64,000 nucleotides of DNA from Escherichia phage arall: sequence record MN850584.1; one strand, 5' to 3'. Of this stretch, positions 1 to 9,172 are shown piece after piece (position 1 is the first letter of the stretch; each line of letters opens with the position of its first letter). The notes beneath the pieces were generated by a model. It saw only the letters and a list, made by a program, of their open reading frames with translations, did not search any database and had not been told where the DNA came from. The position numbers and the translations under genes are program-made.

Positions 1-161
1 ATAATTATGGTGTAGATTATCTACTTAAAATTTATGAATATTTAACATTCGAAGATTATGTACAAGATCTTCACGTTAAAGATGCGGATATTAAACGTGG
101 TCAACAGAGAACAATAAGAGAACTGGATACGGCTATGAAAAAATTAATTCCAGATTCATAA
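1..161 (+). CDS. 3' end of an upstream gene (partial, enters from window edge); possibly tail assembly chaperone by position
   Basis: Frame 3 is open from the window start to TAA at 159-161 (…RELDTAMKKLIPDS*), directly upstream of the tape-measure gene. Confidence 0.4.
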   Translation, partial: NYGVDYLLKIYEYLTFEDYVQDLHVKDADIKRGQQRTIRELDTAMKKLIPDS

Positions 162-180
162 GTAATACGGAGGATTACCC

Positions 181-2160
181 TTGTTAGAAATTAACACTTC
201 CAAGATTAAGAATACAGTAACGTTTACTGTAGATAAAGACAGTTTAAAAAATACTAAAGACGCAATTAAAAACCTTAAAACTTTTACAGAATCTATTGAA
301 CCATCTTTAAATATGACTAAAATGCGTCGTCAGTTTAAAAGTATGGAAGAGTATGCTAAAAGAATAAGGCAGCAAATGTCAGGTCTTGGCGGCGGTAATC
401 CTCCACCAATCCCACCAACCGGAGGTTCAAGTGGTGGTGGAAAAGGAGGAAGTGGTAGAGGTGGTTCTGGATCTTCTGGAGGACGTAAGACACCGGAGGA
501 AAGAGCCGCAGAAGCCGCCGCTAAACGTGCAGCACTTGCTAATATGAAGCAAGACGATTTTAGTTTTAAAGCTATGCCTTTTACAAAAGCAGACAGCAGA
601 ATTCTAGAAAAATCTAAAAAGATTGTAGAAGAAACTCTTGAACTTTATCGTAAAGGCGTGATTACTAGCCAACAAATGAACAATACTTTGGCTAGACAGT
701 TAGAAGAACTACGCAGATCTCATAGAGAGAAGAATGCACAACTTCTTGATGAAGAGAGAGCTAGACGTAGAATTGCCCGTCTGCAAGAAGCAGAAGATAA
801 AAGAAGACAGCGTATCCGAGAAAGAGAAAGAAAGGATTTCGAACGTCAGCAAAGAAGAGAGAAAGAAGCAAGACAACGAGATAGACAACGTAAACTATCT
901 GGTGTAGGTAATGCTGCTATTGCTCTTAACCCCGCTATGTTTGGTGCTGCTCTTTTAGGTGCTGGTTTATATCAAGGTATAAGCAAAATAGCTGAAAGTA
1001 TCACAACTGCGGCAGAACGTATTAATATGGTTAGTAAAGGTGGTCAGAACGTACAGGTAAACCCTAATGCAATTTTAACAATGCGTACTTGGGGTGAGAT
1101 GAACGGTGTAGACTCTGCCAGCATTATTAAAGCCATTGACAATATTAAAGACGTTCGTGAACGTTTAGGTAATACTGTACTCCACTCTGAATTTGATGAA
1201 AAATCAGGTAAATGGAAAGGTGGAGATAGTGGTATTAATGAAATCATGAACCAATTTGGTTGGTCGAAAGAAGATGTTGCTAAATTCCAGAACAGACCTT
1301 TAGACTTTGTTCAAGCACTTGTTAATGAAGGTCAAAAAAGAGGAATGAACTCCGCGCAAATTGGTCGTTTGATGGAAAACCTTGGTGATGACTTAATGCA
1401 CTACCAACGTATGTTTTTGGATAACGGTAAAGAGTACATGAAAGTCTTGGATATGTTAAAAAATTCAGGGGCAACTCTTAACGATGAAAACATCAAAGCA
1501 GCACAAGATTTTGTTAAGCTAAGAGCACAAATTAGTGCAGCAGGAGAAGGTTTTACCAATAATTTACTTATAGGATTCATGGATGGTTTAAAATCTGCAC
1601 CAGATTTTGCAGAGAATATGAAAACTTTCCAAGAAGCTGCTCGTGGTCTTGGTGAAATGTCTGGTAGTATTGTAAGTAGCCTTGCAAAAATTGCGAAATA
1701 CTTCCTTGATTTTTCAAATAAGGTTGGGCCAAAAAACAATACTAAAGAAGCTGTAAGAGATTATTATAATGGTACGCAGTATGGGTACGATGCACAGGTT
1801 GGTGGTAATCCTTGGGCTTATTGGCCTATTGGAAGAGATCAACATAAACCTGAAAATCAACCTTTAGGTGACTTTGATAGTAGTTTCTTAACTAGTGCCT
1901 TAAACCCAAGTGCTTCTAGTATCGGTTACAATAGACCTGATTTAACAGCATCTATGCTAACACCACGCCAAGGTGTTCCAATACCGTTAAGTCTAGAGAA
2001 TACGGTTGTTATCCCAGACAACGCATTCCAGATTAATGTTATTCCAGATGGTTATGGTTTTAGTAATTACCTAGATGCGACAATGAATACCAGTTTTAGT
2101 AACTTCTCACAAGGTTTAACTCTTCAGTTAAGCAGTGGACAATCTTCTACTGGTGGTTAA
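181..2160 (+). CDS. tail tape measure protein (candidate)
   Basis: 659 aa; TTG start 6 nt after GGAGGA; Gly/Ser/Pro-rich linker (GGGNPPPIPPTGGSSGGGKGGSGRGGSGSSGG); long Arg/Glu/Gln-rich coiled coil; first gene before baseplate-like genes. Confidence 0.5.
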   Translation: MLEINTSKIKNTVTFTVDKDSLKNTKDAIKNLKTFTESIEPSLNMTKMRRQFKSMEEYAKRIRQQMSGLGGGNPPPIPPTGGSSGGGKGGSGRGGSGSSGGRKTPEERAAEAAAKRAALANMKQDDFSFKAMPFTKADSRILEKSKKIVEETLELYRKGVITSQQMNNTLARQLEELRRSHREKNAQLLDEERARRRIARLQEAEDKRRQRIRERERKDFERQQRREKEARQRDRQRKLSGVGNAAIALNPAMFGAALLGAGLYQGISKIAESITTAAERINMVSKGGQNVQVNPNAILTMRTWGEMNGVDSASIIKAIDNIKDVRERLGNTVLHSEFDEKSGKWKGGDSGINEIMNQFGWSKEDVAKFQNRPLDFVQALVNEGQKRGMNSAQIGRLMENLGDDLMHYQRMFLDNGKEYMKVLDMLKNSGATLNDENIKAAQDFVKLRAQISAAGEGFTNNLLIGFMDGLKSAPDFAENMKTFQEAARGLGEMSGSIVSSLAKIAKYFLDFSNKVGPKNNTKEAVRDYYNGTQYGYDAQVGGNPWAYWPIGRDQHKPENQPLGDFDSSFLTSALNPSASSIGYNRPDLTASMLTPRQGVPIPLSLENTVVIPDNAFQINVIPDGYGFSNYLDATMNTSFSNFSQGLTLQLSSGQSSTGG

Positions 2161-2165
2161 TGCAT

Positions 2166-2195
2166 AAAGCCTCGCTTCGGCGGGGCTTTTTATTT
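2166..2195 (+). terminator. rho-independent terminator after tape-measure gene
   Basis: 10-bp stem AAAGCCTCGC/GCGGGGCTTT (one G-U pair), TTCG loop, followed by TTTTATTT. Confidence 0.6.
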
Positions 2196-2198
2196 GTC

Positions 2199-2228
2199 TT
2201 GACAAAGAGTTGTTTTTCGTGATAAAAT
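2199..2228 (+). promoter_or_regulatory. sigma-A/sigma-70-like promoter candidate
   Basis: TTGACA (2199-2204), 17-18 nt spacer, TAAAAT; sits between terminator and the 2276 gene. Confidence 0.4.
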
Positions 2229-2275
2229 GAGTGATAAGGGAGAATGTTTCTTATCACATTAAGAGGTAAAATTAT

Positions 2276-2986
2276 ATGGCAGCAAACACTCCAGAACAAC
2301 ACGTTCAAGCGGTTTATAAAGCGGAACAAGATATAAATTCTACAAAAAACACAAATAACTCTGCCTCTACTGTGAAAGGGGAGAATGGTTTTTGTATTTT
2401 AGCAAGTGTTTACAATAGTGCAAGTGATCAATATATTCAAAACTACCAAGCTATAGTTTTTGATGCTGTTCCAAATATCGGTGTAAAACGTCAAGCAGAT
2501 GTAACTAGTTATCCTGTAGAAAATGGAGCTAATGTATCGGATCACGTTCAAGTTAAGAATAATACTTTCTCTTTATCAGGAATGATTACAGAGACACCTG
2601 TAAGGTTGATGCGAGATATGTTATATAGTGCTGGTGTTAACGGTACTCGTATTAGTCAAGCAATCACTTACTTAGATAAAATATTTGATGAAAGACAGCC
2701 TATCATTTTAATAACAGAACATAAGGTGTATGAGAATGTTATTTTGAAAGGCATATCATATGAATATCAAACAGAATATGCAATGCAATTTGATTTGGAG
2801 TTTGAACAAGTAAGATTAGTTTCTTACGGGGAAACAAATGCTATTGCGCTTAAGACACAACCAAATAAGAATACAGGTGTTAAGAACAAAAAAGGTACTA
2901 GTCCAGATGCTGATCTTGATGCAAGAACAGGGAAAGCAACTGGTACAGAACATCTTAGTGATCATAGTGCAGATGGTAAAAAATAA
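2276..2986 (+). CDS. tail/baseplate structural protein (unknown family)
   Basis: 236 aa ORF, ATG with upstream GAGG; position immediately after tape measure. Confidence 0.45.
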   Translation: MAANTPEQHVQAVYKAEQDINSTKNTNNSASTVKGENGFCILASVYNSASDQYIQNYQAIVFDAVPNIGVKRQADVTSYPVENGANVSDHVQVKNNTFSLSGMITETPVRLMRDMLYSAGVNGTRISQAITYLDKIFDERQPIILITEHKVYENVILKGISYEYQTEYAMQFDLEFEQVRLVSYGETNAIALKTQPNKNTGVKNKKGTSPDADLDARTGKATGTEHLSDHSADGKK

Positions 2987-2997
2987 GGAGAAAATTT

Positions 2998-3417
2998 TTG
3001 GCTATTTCATCTTATTCAAAGATCAGTAGAAGCACATCTAATAGTGGCTACAATGCAGTATTTATTGATCGAACTTTAGGCTACTATTCTTGGTACTTAC
3101 CTACAGAACAGTACCCAGATCAAACATATACAGTAACTCTCGATGGAGTAGATTACGATATACGTTTGAGGTGGAACACAAGAGATCAAGCGTGGCAAAT
3201 GCAATTAGGCTTATCAGGAGATAATCCTAGTGTAACTTTTAAAGTAACCAATGGCTTAGATCTTCTAGAACCCTATAAGTATATAGAATCTGTACCGGAT
3301 GGTCAACTTTATTTGGTAGATACTGTTAAAATAAACGGTAGACCTAATTACTATGACACAGGTGTAGATAAAAGATTTGCTTTGGTTTATATCGACGCTC
3401 TTCCATATCAAGCATGA
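2998..3417 (+). CDS. hypothetical structural protein
   Basis: 139 aa; TTG start 7 nt after AAGGAG; tightly packed in baseplate module. Confidence 0.45.
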   Translation: MAISSYSKISRSTSNSGYNAVFIDRTLGYYSWYLPTEQYPDQTYTVTLDGVDYDIRLRWNTRDQAWQMQLGLSGDNPSVTFKVTNGLDLLEPYKYIESVPDGQLYLVDTVKINGRPNYYDTGVDKRFALVYIDALPYQA

Positions 3418-3432
3418 TAAAAGGAGTTTTAA

Positions 3433-4443
3433 ATGGCAGAAAAAAGAGATTATACAAAAGCTCCTGCACCCAATCTAAACAGAGCATACAAACTGTTAAT
3501 AGGTACAGCTACTAATACTAAAGAAAAAAGGACAAAAAATTCCTCTTTCAAATCTACAGTAGACTTAGATACTAAACTAGGGGATGCTAAAAAATCAACC
3601 CCTAATTTGTATGTTATTACGGAGCACCAAATATCTTTCACAATAAGAAAAGATAATAATAAAGATCCTAATCAAGCTGAGATAACTATTTATAACCTAA
3701 GCGATGATACTGTTAATTATATTAACAAAGGTATTCGTAACAACTTGGCTGTTGCTTTGGCGGTAGGTTATGAAGGTCAAGAGTTAATTATGATCTTTAA
3801 GGGAACGGTGCAATGGGTGAGTGATACTTTTAACAATACAGACAGACGTACAGTGTTACATTGTCTGGATGGTGGTATTAACATCTCCGAAGCAAGGACA
3901 AGCAGAAGTTATCCGAAAGGTACAAAAGTAAGTAAAGTTGTTAAAGATTTAGTTAAAGATTTAGGTACTACAGAAGGTAATATTCACGTAGACACAGAGA
4001 AAACTTTATCATCTGCAACAGCTATGTGTGGTAACACATCACATTACTTAGAAAGTATCTGTAAAGGTATTGATCATAATGTGTCGATACAAGATGGATC
4101 TGTTTACGTGACACCAAGATCACAAATGTCTAGTGCAAGATGCGCATATATTAGTGCAGAAACAGGTTTAATTGGTAGTCCAGAACCTTTCCACAATGAT
4201 ATTAAACCAACACAAAAAGTAACTAAATCTTCTAAGAAAGCTAAAAAGCCTACAGATGGTGTTAAGTTCAGATGTGAAATGAACGGTGCTATCTTACCAG
4301 AAAAAACTGTTTGGCTCAAGAGTCATAACTATGATGGTGGTTTTAAGGTAGTATCTGTTGTTCATACAGGAGATAGGGAAGGTAAAGACTGGACAACTGA
4401 AGTAGAGTCTGTATCTGTATCTGCAATTATTAAGAAGGGCTAG
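3433..4443 (+). CDS. baseplate hub-like protein (XkdQ/gpD-like by position)
   Basis: 336 aa; AAGGAG RBS; position between tape measure and spike-like gene; no motif confirmed. Confidence 0.35.
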   Translation: MAEKRDYTKAPAPNLNRAYKLLIGTATNTKEKRTKNSSFKSTVDLDTKLGDAKKSTPNLYVITEHQISFTIRKDNNKDPNQAEITIYNLSDDTVNYINKGIRNNLAVALAVGYEGQELIMIFKGTVQWVSDTFNNTDRRTVLHCLDGGINISEARTSRSYPKGTKVSKVVKDLVKDLGTTEGNIHVDTEKTLSSATAMCGNTSHYLESICKGIDHNVSIQDGSVYVTPRSQMSSARCAYISAETGLIGSPEPFHNDIKPTQKVTKSSKKAKKPTDGVKFRCEMNGAILPEKTVWLKSHNYDGGFKVVSVVHTGDREGKDWTTEVESVSVSAIIKKG

Positions 4444-4445
4444 AA

Positions 4446-5183
4446 ATGGATGCTTTAAATTTTGTAACAGCAATCCGTGGATTAATCAACGAGCAAGTTG
4501 CGGAAGTACATACATCTTTACCTGTAAGGGTAATTGGTGTAGATTATGGATCTAAGACAGTAACTTTAGAATCTATTGTAAAAAACACCAGATCTACTGA
4601 AGATGAAATAGATTACCCAACATTCCACGATGTTCCTTTTATGGTAAATGGTGGTGGTACAGGTAGAATTTCATTTCCAATTAAAGCAGGAGATATTGGT
4701 GTTGTTGTCTTTTCAGAAAGAGATCCGTCGAATGCTTTCCAGACAGACGGAGATACAGCCAGCAGCGGAACATTAATTCAACCTTGTGGTTTGTATCCAG
4801 CCTGTTTTATTCCTAAGATAGCAACAGCTACAGATTCTTCTGAAGAAGTAGACTCTGAAAAAGTTGTTATCTCAAATAATAAGCAAACTTACGCTTCGTT
4901 TGATCCTAACGGTAATATATCTGTGTACAACACACAAGGTATGAAAATAGATATGACACCAAACAGTATCGTTCTTACTGATGCAGGAGGAGGAAAACTT
5001 ACACTGCAAGGTGGGACTATGACATATAAAGGTGGTACTGTAAATTTAAACGGTTTAACAATCACACCTGACGGTCGTATGAAAGATAGTGGTGGCATTG
5101 GTTTACACACACATACACACCCTGTACGCGGTGTTGAAACTGGTGGTAGCACTGTTACTTCCGACAAACCAAATGGAGGTTAA
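4446..5183 (+). CDS. baseplate spike / gpV-like protein (candidate)
   Basis: 245 aa; N-terminal segment with GD/G-rich strand pattern (GGGTGRISFPIKAGDIGVVVFSERD) resembling the OB-fold of gpV-type spikes; position. Confidence 0.4.
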   Translation: MDALNFVTAIRGLINEQVAEVHTSLPVRVIGVDYGSKTVTLESIVKNTRSTEDEIDYPTFHDVPFMVNGGGTGRISFPIKAGDIGVVVFSERDPSNAFQTDGDTASSGTLIQPCGLYPACFIPKIATATDSSEEVDSEKVVISNNKQTYASFDPNGNISVYNTQGMKIDMTPNSIVLTDAGGGKLTLQGGTMTYKGGTVNLNGLTITPDGRMKDSGGIGLHTHTHPVRGVETGGSTVTSDKPNGG

Positions 5184-5186
5184 CAG

Positions 5187-5822
5187 ATGGGAATACCATT
5201 TGATTTAAAACTTGATGGTTCTAATGATTTAGTGATGGTGGATGGTGATTTAACACTAACCACAACTAAAAGTGAAATTGCAGCACAGACGCTTGGAATA
5301 ACACTTAGAACTTTCCGTGGAGAATGGTTCCTCAATTCTAATTTTGGGGTTCCATATCTGCAAGAGATTATTGGTGTTGCCAAGAAGAAAGAGATTGTTG
5401 ATCGCATTTTCTTATCAACTATCGCAAGTAATGTTTATATAGATAATATTAATTCCTACACATCCTCTTATGATAGAGATGATAGGTATTACTCAATGAA
5501 CGTTACTGTTACAGTTGGTGAACAAGTTGTTAGTGCTCTATTCAGTACACAGCCGTCTGAAGAATATATCTATCCAGAAGCTGGTGACGATAATGCAGCA
5601 ATCACTTGTGAAGCATTTGAAATTGTTGAATCTGCAAATAGACTCTATCGCTTTATTAACATTGTTGGTCTTCCTAAAGATACTTATTCTACTTGGTGGA
5701 ATGAGTGGTCTAACGAGGCATTGATTGAAAAATACCTTGTTAACGAAGCCAATAAAGGTCTTGCAACCAATTACAACTATGCTATAACAGCAACAATGGG
5801 AGCTACAAATAATAATGGCTGA
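5187..5822 (+). CDS. baseplate wedge protein (XkdS/gp25/gpW-like)
   Basis: 211 aa; N-terminus DGDLTLTT…AAQTLGITLRTFRGEWFLNSNFGVPYLQEIIG matches the XkdS/DUF2634-type pattern as I recall it. Confidence 0.4.
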   Translation: MGIPFDLKLDGSNDLVMVDGDLTLTTTKSEIAAQTLGITLRTFRGEWFLNSNFGVPYLQEIIGVAKKKEIVDRIFLSTIASNVYIDNINSYTSSYDRDDRYYSMNVTVTVGEQVVSALFSTQPSEEYIYPEAGDDNAAITCEAFEIVESANRLYRFINIVGLPKDTYSTWWNEWSNEALIEKYLVNEANKGLATNYNYAITATMGATNNNG

Positions 5823-6288
5823 TTTAACTACAATCAAGGTGTCTGATCTACCTGTAACAACATCTGTTTCAGACACAGATTATTTTGTAACAGATCAATC
5901 AGGCATCACTAAGAAAACATCATTACGTGTTCTTCTTGCGGGTGCTGGTGTTACACGAAATCGTCTTTCTGCAAGGGGTACTGTCACAAATACCCTAGCT
6001 TTAGATATTAGCACGGCAGAGTATTTCTCTGCCACTTTATCTAGTCCAACTTGCAGTATTTCATTTAGTAATGTTCCAGTTACAACTAACATTGTTCAAA
6101 ACTTTACGCTATCCCTACGTCAAGGCAGTGGAGCAAATAAAGTAACGTGGCCTCAATCTGTTAAATGGAGTTTTGGTCGCGCTCCTGTTTTGAGTTATAA
6201 ACAGGGAGCTACAGATATTTTTGAATTTGTTAGTTATGATAATGGAGCTACCTGGATAGGTAGTTTAGTGATGGCAGGAGTGATTTAA
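5815..6288 (+). CDS. hypothetical structural protein
   Basis: 157 aa; start overlaps upstream stop; Thr/Ser-rich. Confidence 0.4.
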   Translation: MADLTTIKVSDLPVTTSVSDTDYFVTDQSGITKKTSLRVLLAGAGVTRNRLSARGTVTNTLALDISTAEYFSATLSSPTCSISFSNVPVTTNIVQNFTLSLRQGSGANKVTWPQSVKWSFGRAPVLSYKQGATDIFEFVSYDNGATWIGSLVMAGVI

Positions 6289-9164
6289 TGTCAAGAATTA
6301 AGCACAGAATTGACAATGTTTTTCAACTGATCGATGGACATATTCAGTTCTTAGATCGTAATACAGGTTTAACTGTAGATCCTACAGTGCAACACTATGT
6401 ATTAAACCCACAAAACGTTCTAGCTAATAACAGACACTTTATAAACTGGACTGCTCAAGAAGGGCAACCAAACGGGGATGCTACAACAGAAGGTCAATCC
6501 GTGCTTATTCTTGGTTGCGCTTATGCATACCTAGCTTCCGGCGATACAAAGTATTTAGACTCTGCTAAAAAATATTGGCAAGCCTATATAGATTACTTCT
6601 TTGGTGGTCAACCTATCCCAGATCCGCCAGCAAAGTATCGCCCTAACTGGATTATTAACGGTAAAGAACCACGTCTTGCACATTATCCTCTTACAGATGA
6701 TGGCTACCCTACACACGGAGGTTTTAAGGGTAGCTTAATGACGTGGACTAACGGTAGAACAGTTATTCCTCATGGTGCTCCACATTGGGGAGAATACCTT
6801 GACAAAGCATGGTTTGCTTTTAATGGTAATCTAGGATGGAACTCTGTAAACGCTACAGTATATGCTGTTAATGCAGATGGTACAACAGATTGGTCTAAGA
6901 AGGGAGATCAATGGGATGTTGATTGGATCATTGATCGTCTAGGACGTAAAGTTGATTGGGATGGAAATATCTTAGAAGAAGGTTTTCCAACATCTCAATA
7001 CGGAACAGTTCAACTAAAAAATACTTCTGTAAATGGTACATATAAATTTAACTACGCGACTTGTAACCCTGTTGAACACGGTGGTTATTTAATGGAGCGT
7101 AACACTATGTGGCATAACAGACCAGTTAACGTTCCGGTAGAAATGGGCTTTCAGGATAATGCGTCAGATGCCGAAACTTGGTGGTGTGATGCTAATTACC
7201 TGATGTACCAAATTACAGGGGAAAGAAAATATTGGCTATGCTGGCAGTCTTCACTGTTAGTGTGTCAAGATTATTCAAACATTGATATGTTTGATAAATT
7301 CTTCCGTAAGTCTACATATGCAACTATTCCGTTTACAGATGGCATCTCTTACGATTATTCGTATCCATCTACAGCAATACCTAAATATTCAAGAGATACT
7401 TTAGGTTATATTGTTATTAGACAAGATGTTGCTGCTCAAACAACATTAGAACAGCAATCCATTTGGTTTAAAGTTGATCAGAAATCTAAGTTACGAGTTC
7501 AGTTCCAAGGTGTAGATGATGCAGGACATGGTATTCTTTTCCGTCCAGAATTGGAGCTAAGTAAGACCAAAGATGAAAATAACACAGTAACTTACCGTTG
7601 TGGCTTACCATTAGGTACAGCTAATATGACAAGCATGGATATTCCATTATCCAGCTTTATGAGAAGTACCCCTCCAAATGGTGGAACATATATTATCGCA
7701 GATCCGCGAATTATTGTTGACTGGGGTGACAATACTGTGGTACAATTTAAGTATGTAACAGGTATTGCTGGAACTAATGATGACCAGATTGTTACTGCAT
7801 CAATGGATACGGATGGTGGTGTCACTGTTGGTTTTTGGTTAACTCCTACATCAAAAGCTAATGTTAAGTCTATTACATATAGAACATATGAGGATGACTT
7901 TAACATGACTATCACGGATGCTCAAGGTTGGAGATGGTGGGCTATGCTGACTAAAACGCAAGGAGCATGGAGTACGAAGACTTTATCAGCTTCTGATTTT
8001 CAGTTAAGTGCTTACCAGCCTAATCATCCAGATACAGATCCTAAACCTTCAGCAATAAATCTGACTGCGGTAGATCAGGTAAATTTAGTTCTGGATACGG
8101 CTCCTGTCAATGGTTTAACAGGAACAATAGATTTCTATTGTATTAACGATGTACCTGAAAGATATTCGTCATCTTCTGGTGATGATTATACAATGTACTT
8201 CCGTATTACTGTACAGGCTTCAAGTCCTCATACTGCTAAGTTAGGTGATTGTACTATTATTGACTATAAGTTAAATAGTCTTAATTACACACCAGGAATA
8301 ATTCCATTCTCTAATATCAGTGACCCAAACACTGCATTATACGATGGATGGCGTGGTATTCCATACCCAGGATACCAGTATCCTTCCTTATACTGTTTCG
8401 CAGGTAGGGATATTGATTGGACACGTTTAAACAACAGTATTGATTTCTTGTATGATGCTCAAATGTGGTTTTATAACACGTTTGATCCTGTGATGCCTGG
8501 GCCTATGGCACAAGCATATGTGTGGGATCGTTGGGATGCAAGAAAATACGGTGAACCTAATACGTTTACAATGAAACACTGGAATGAAAAAGCGTGGGAT
8601 GGTTATGAAGCTCGTGCATTCTACTGTGCTTGTCATGCTGTATACGAACTTGTACAAAGAGGAGAAACACCTCCTGAAAAACTAGTAACTGTTTGTAAAA
8701 ATTGGATCAACTACCTTAAATGGTTCCAAGACAATAATGATGGAAGAACACCAACTATCTTTAACCCAGATGGTACAGTTCTTGCGCCTATAGATGACTT
8801 TACTAGTCATATGTCTGCACTGTTTATGGCTGGTTGTTCAATCATGGGCTTGGCAGGTTATGATTCACAAATTCCAAACATTGGTATTGTAGCAGACAGA
8901 TGTTTTGATCTGATTCAGCAAAACTATATTGTGCTCTCCCCTAACCATCCAATGAATGGTTGCTGGAGTGTTGCACCGCGTCCAGATTCAGATAACGGAA
9001 TGTTCTTTGGTTTCCATGCTGGAGAACTATTACGTGGTTTTGGTTTATATGCTTTATATCGTAAACTAAATCCTCAAAACGCCTTACCAATTTTAGACAA
9101 TAGTAACATACCGACACTAACTGTTCTAACTATGAATGATATTAGTGTTGATGTAACCAAATAA
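6288..9164 (+). CDS. large baseplate-associated protein, possible glycosidase-like receptor-binding protein
   Basis: 958 aa; ATGA overlap with upstream gene; N-terminal region (ILGCAYAYLASGDTKYLDSAKKYWQAY) reminiscent of alpha/alpha-toroid glycosidases; Trp/Tyr-rich. Confidence 0.4.
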   Translation: MSRIKHRIDNVFQLIDGHIQFLDRNTGLTVDPTVQHYVLNPQNVLANNRHFINWTAQEGQPNGDATTEGQSVLILGCAYAYLASGDTKYLDSAKKYWQAYIDYFFGGQPIPDPPAKYRPNWIINGKEPRLAHYPLTDDGYPTHGGFKGSLMTWTNGRTVIPHGAPHWGEYLDKAWFAFNGNLGWNSVNATVYAVNADGTTDWSKKGDQWDVDWIIDRLGRKVDWDGNILEEGFPTSQYGTVQLKNTSVNGTYKFNYATCNPVEHGGYLMERNTMWHNRPVNVPVEMGFQDNASDAETWWCDANYLMYQITGERKYWLCWQSSLLVCQDYSNIDMFDKFFRKSTYATIPFTDGISYDYSYPSTAIPKYSRDTLGYIVIRQDVAAQTTLEQQSIWFKVDQKSKLRVQFQGVDDAGHGILFRPELELSKTKDENNTVTYRCGLPLGTANMTSMDIPLSSFMRSTPPNGGTYIIADPRIIVDWGDNTVVQFKYVTGIAGTNDDQIVTASMDTDGGVTVGFWLTPTSKANVKSITYRTYEDDFNMTITDAQGWRWWAMLTKTQGAWSTKTLSASDFQLSAYQPNHPDTDPKPSAINLTAVDQVNLVLDTAPVNGLTGTIDFYCINDVPERYSSSSGDDYTMYFRITVQASSPHTAKLGDCTIIDYKLNSLNYTPGIIPFSNISDPNTALYDGWRGIPYPGYQYPSLYCFAGRDIDWTRLNNSIDFLYDAQMWFYNTFDPVMPGPMAQAYVWDRWDARKYGEPNTFTMKHWNEKAWDGYEARAFYCACHAVYELVQRGETPPEKLVTVCKNWINYLKWFQDNNDGRTPTIFNPDGTVLAPIDDFTSHMSALFMAGCSIMGLAGYDSQIPNIGIVADRCFDLIQQNYIVLSPNHPMNGCWSVAPRPDSDNGMFFGFHAGELLRGFGLYALYRKLNPQNALPILDNSNIPTLTVLTMNDISVDVTK

Positions 9165-9172
9165 GGAAAATA

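Noticed and set aside
1044-1739. Antisense ORFs (1044-1247, 1401-1739) inside the tape-measure gene
   Set aside because: Fully contained within a longer, better-supported + strand gene; no RBS; typical shadow frames. The same reasoning applies to most other short opposite-strand ORFs in the track.
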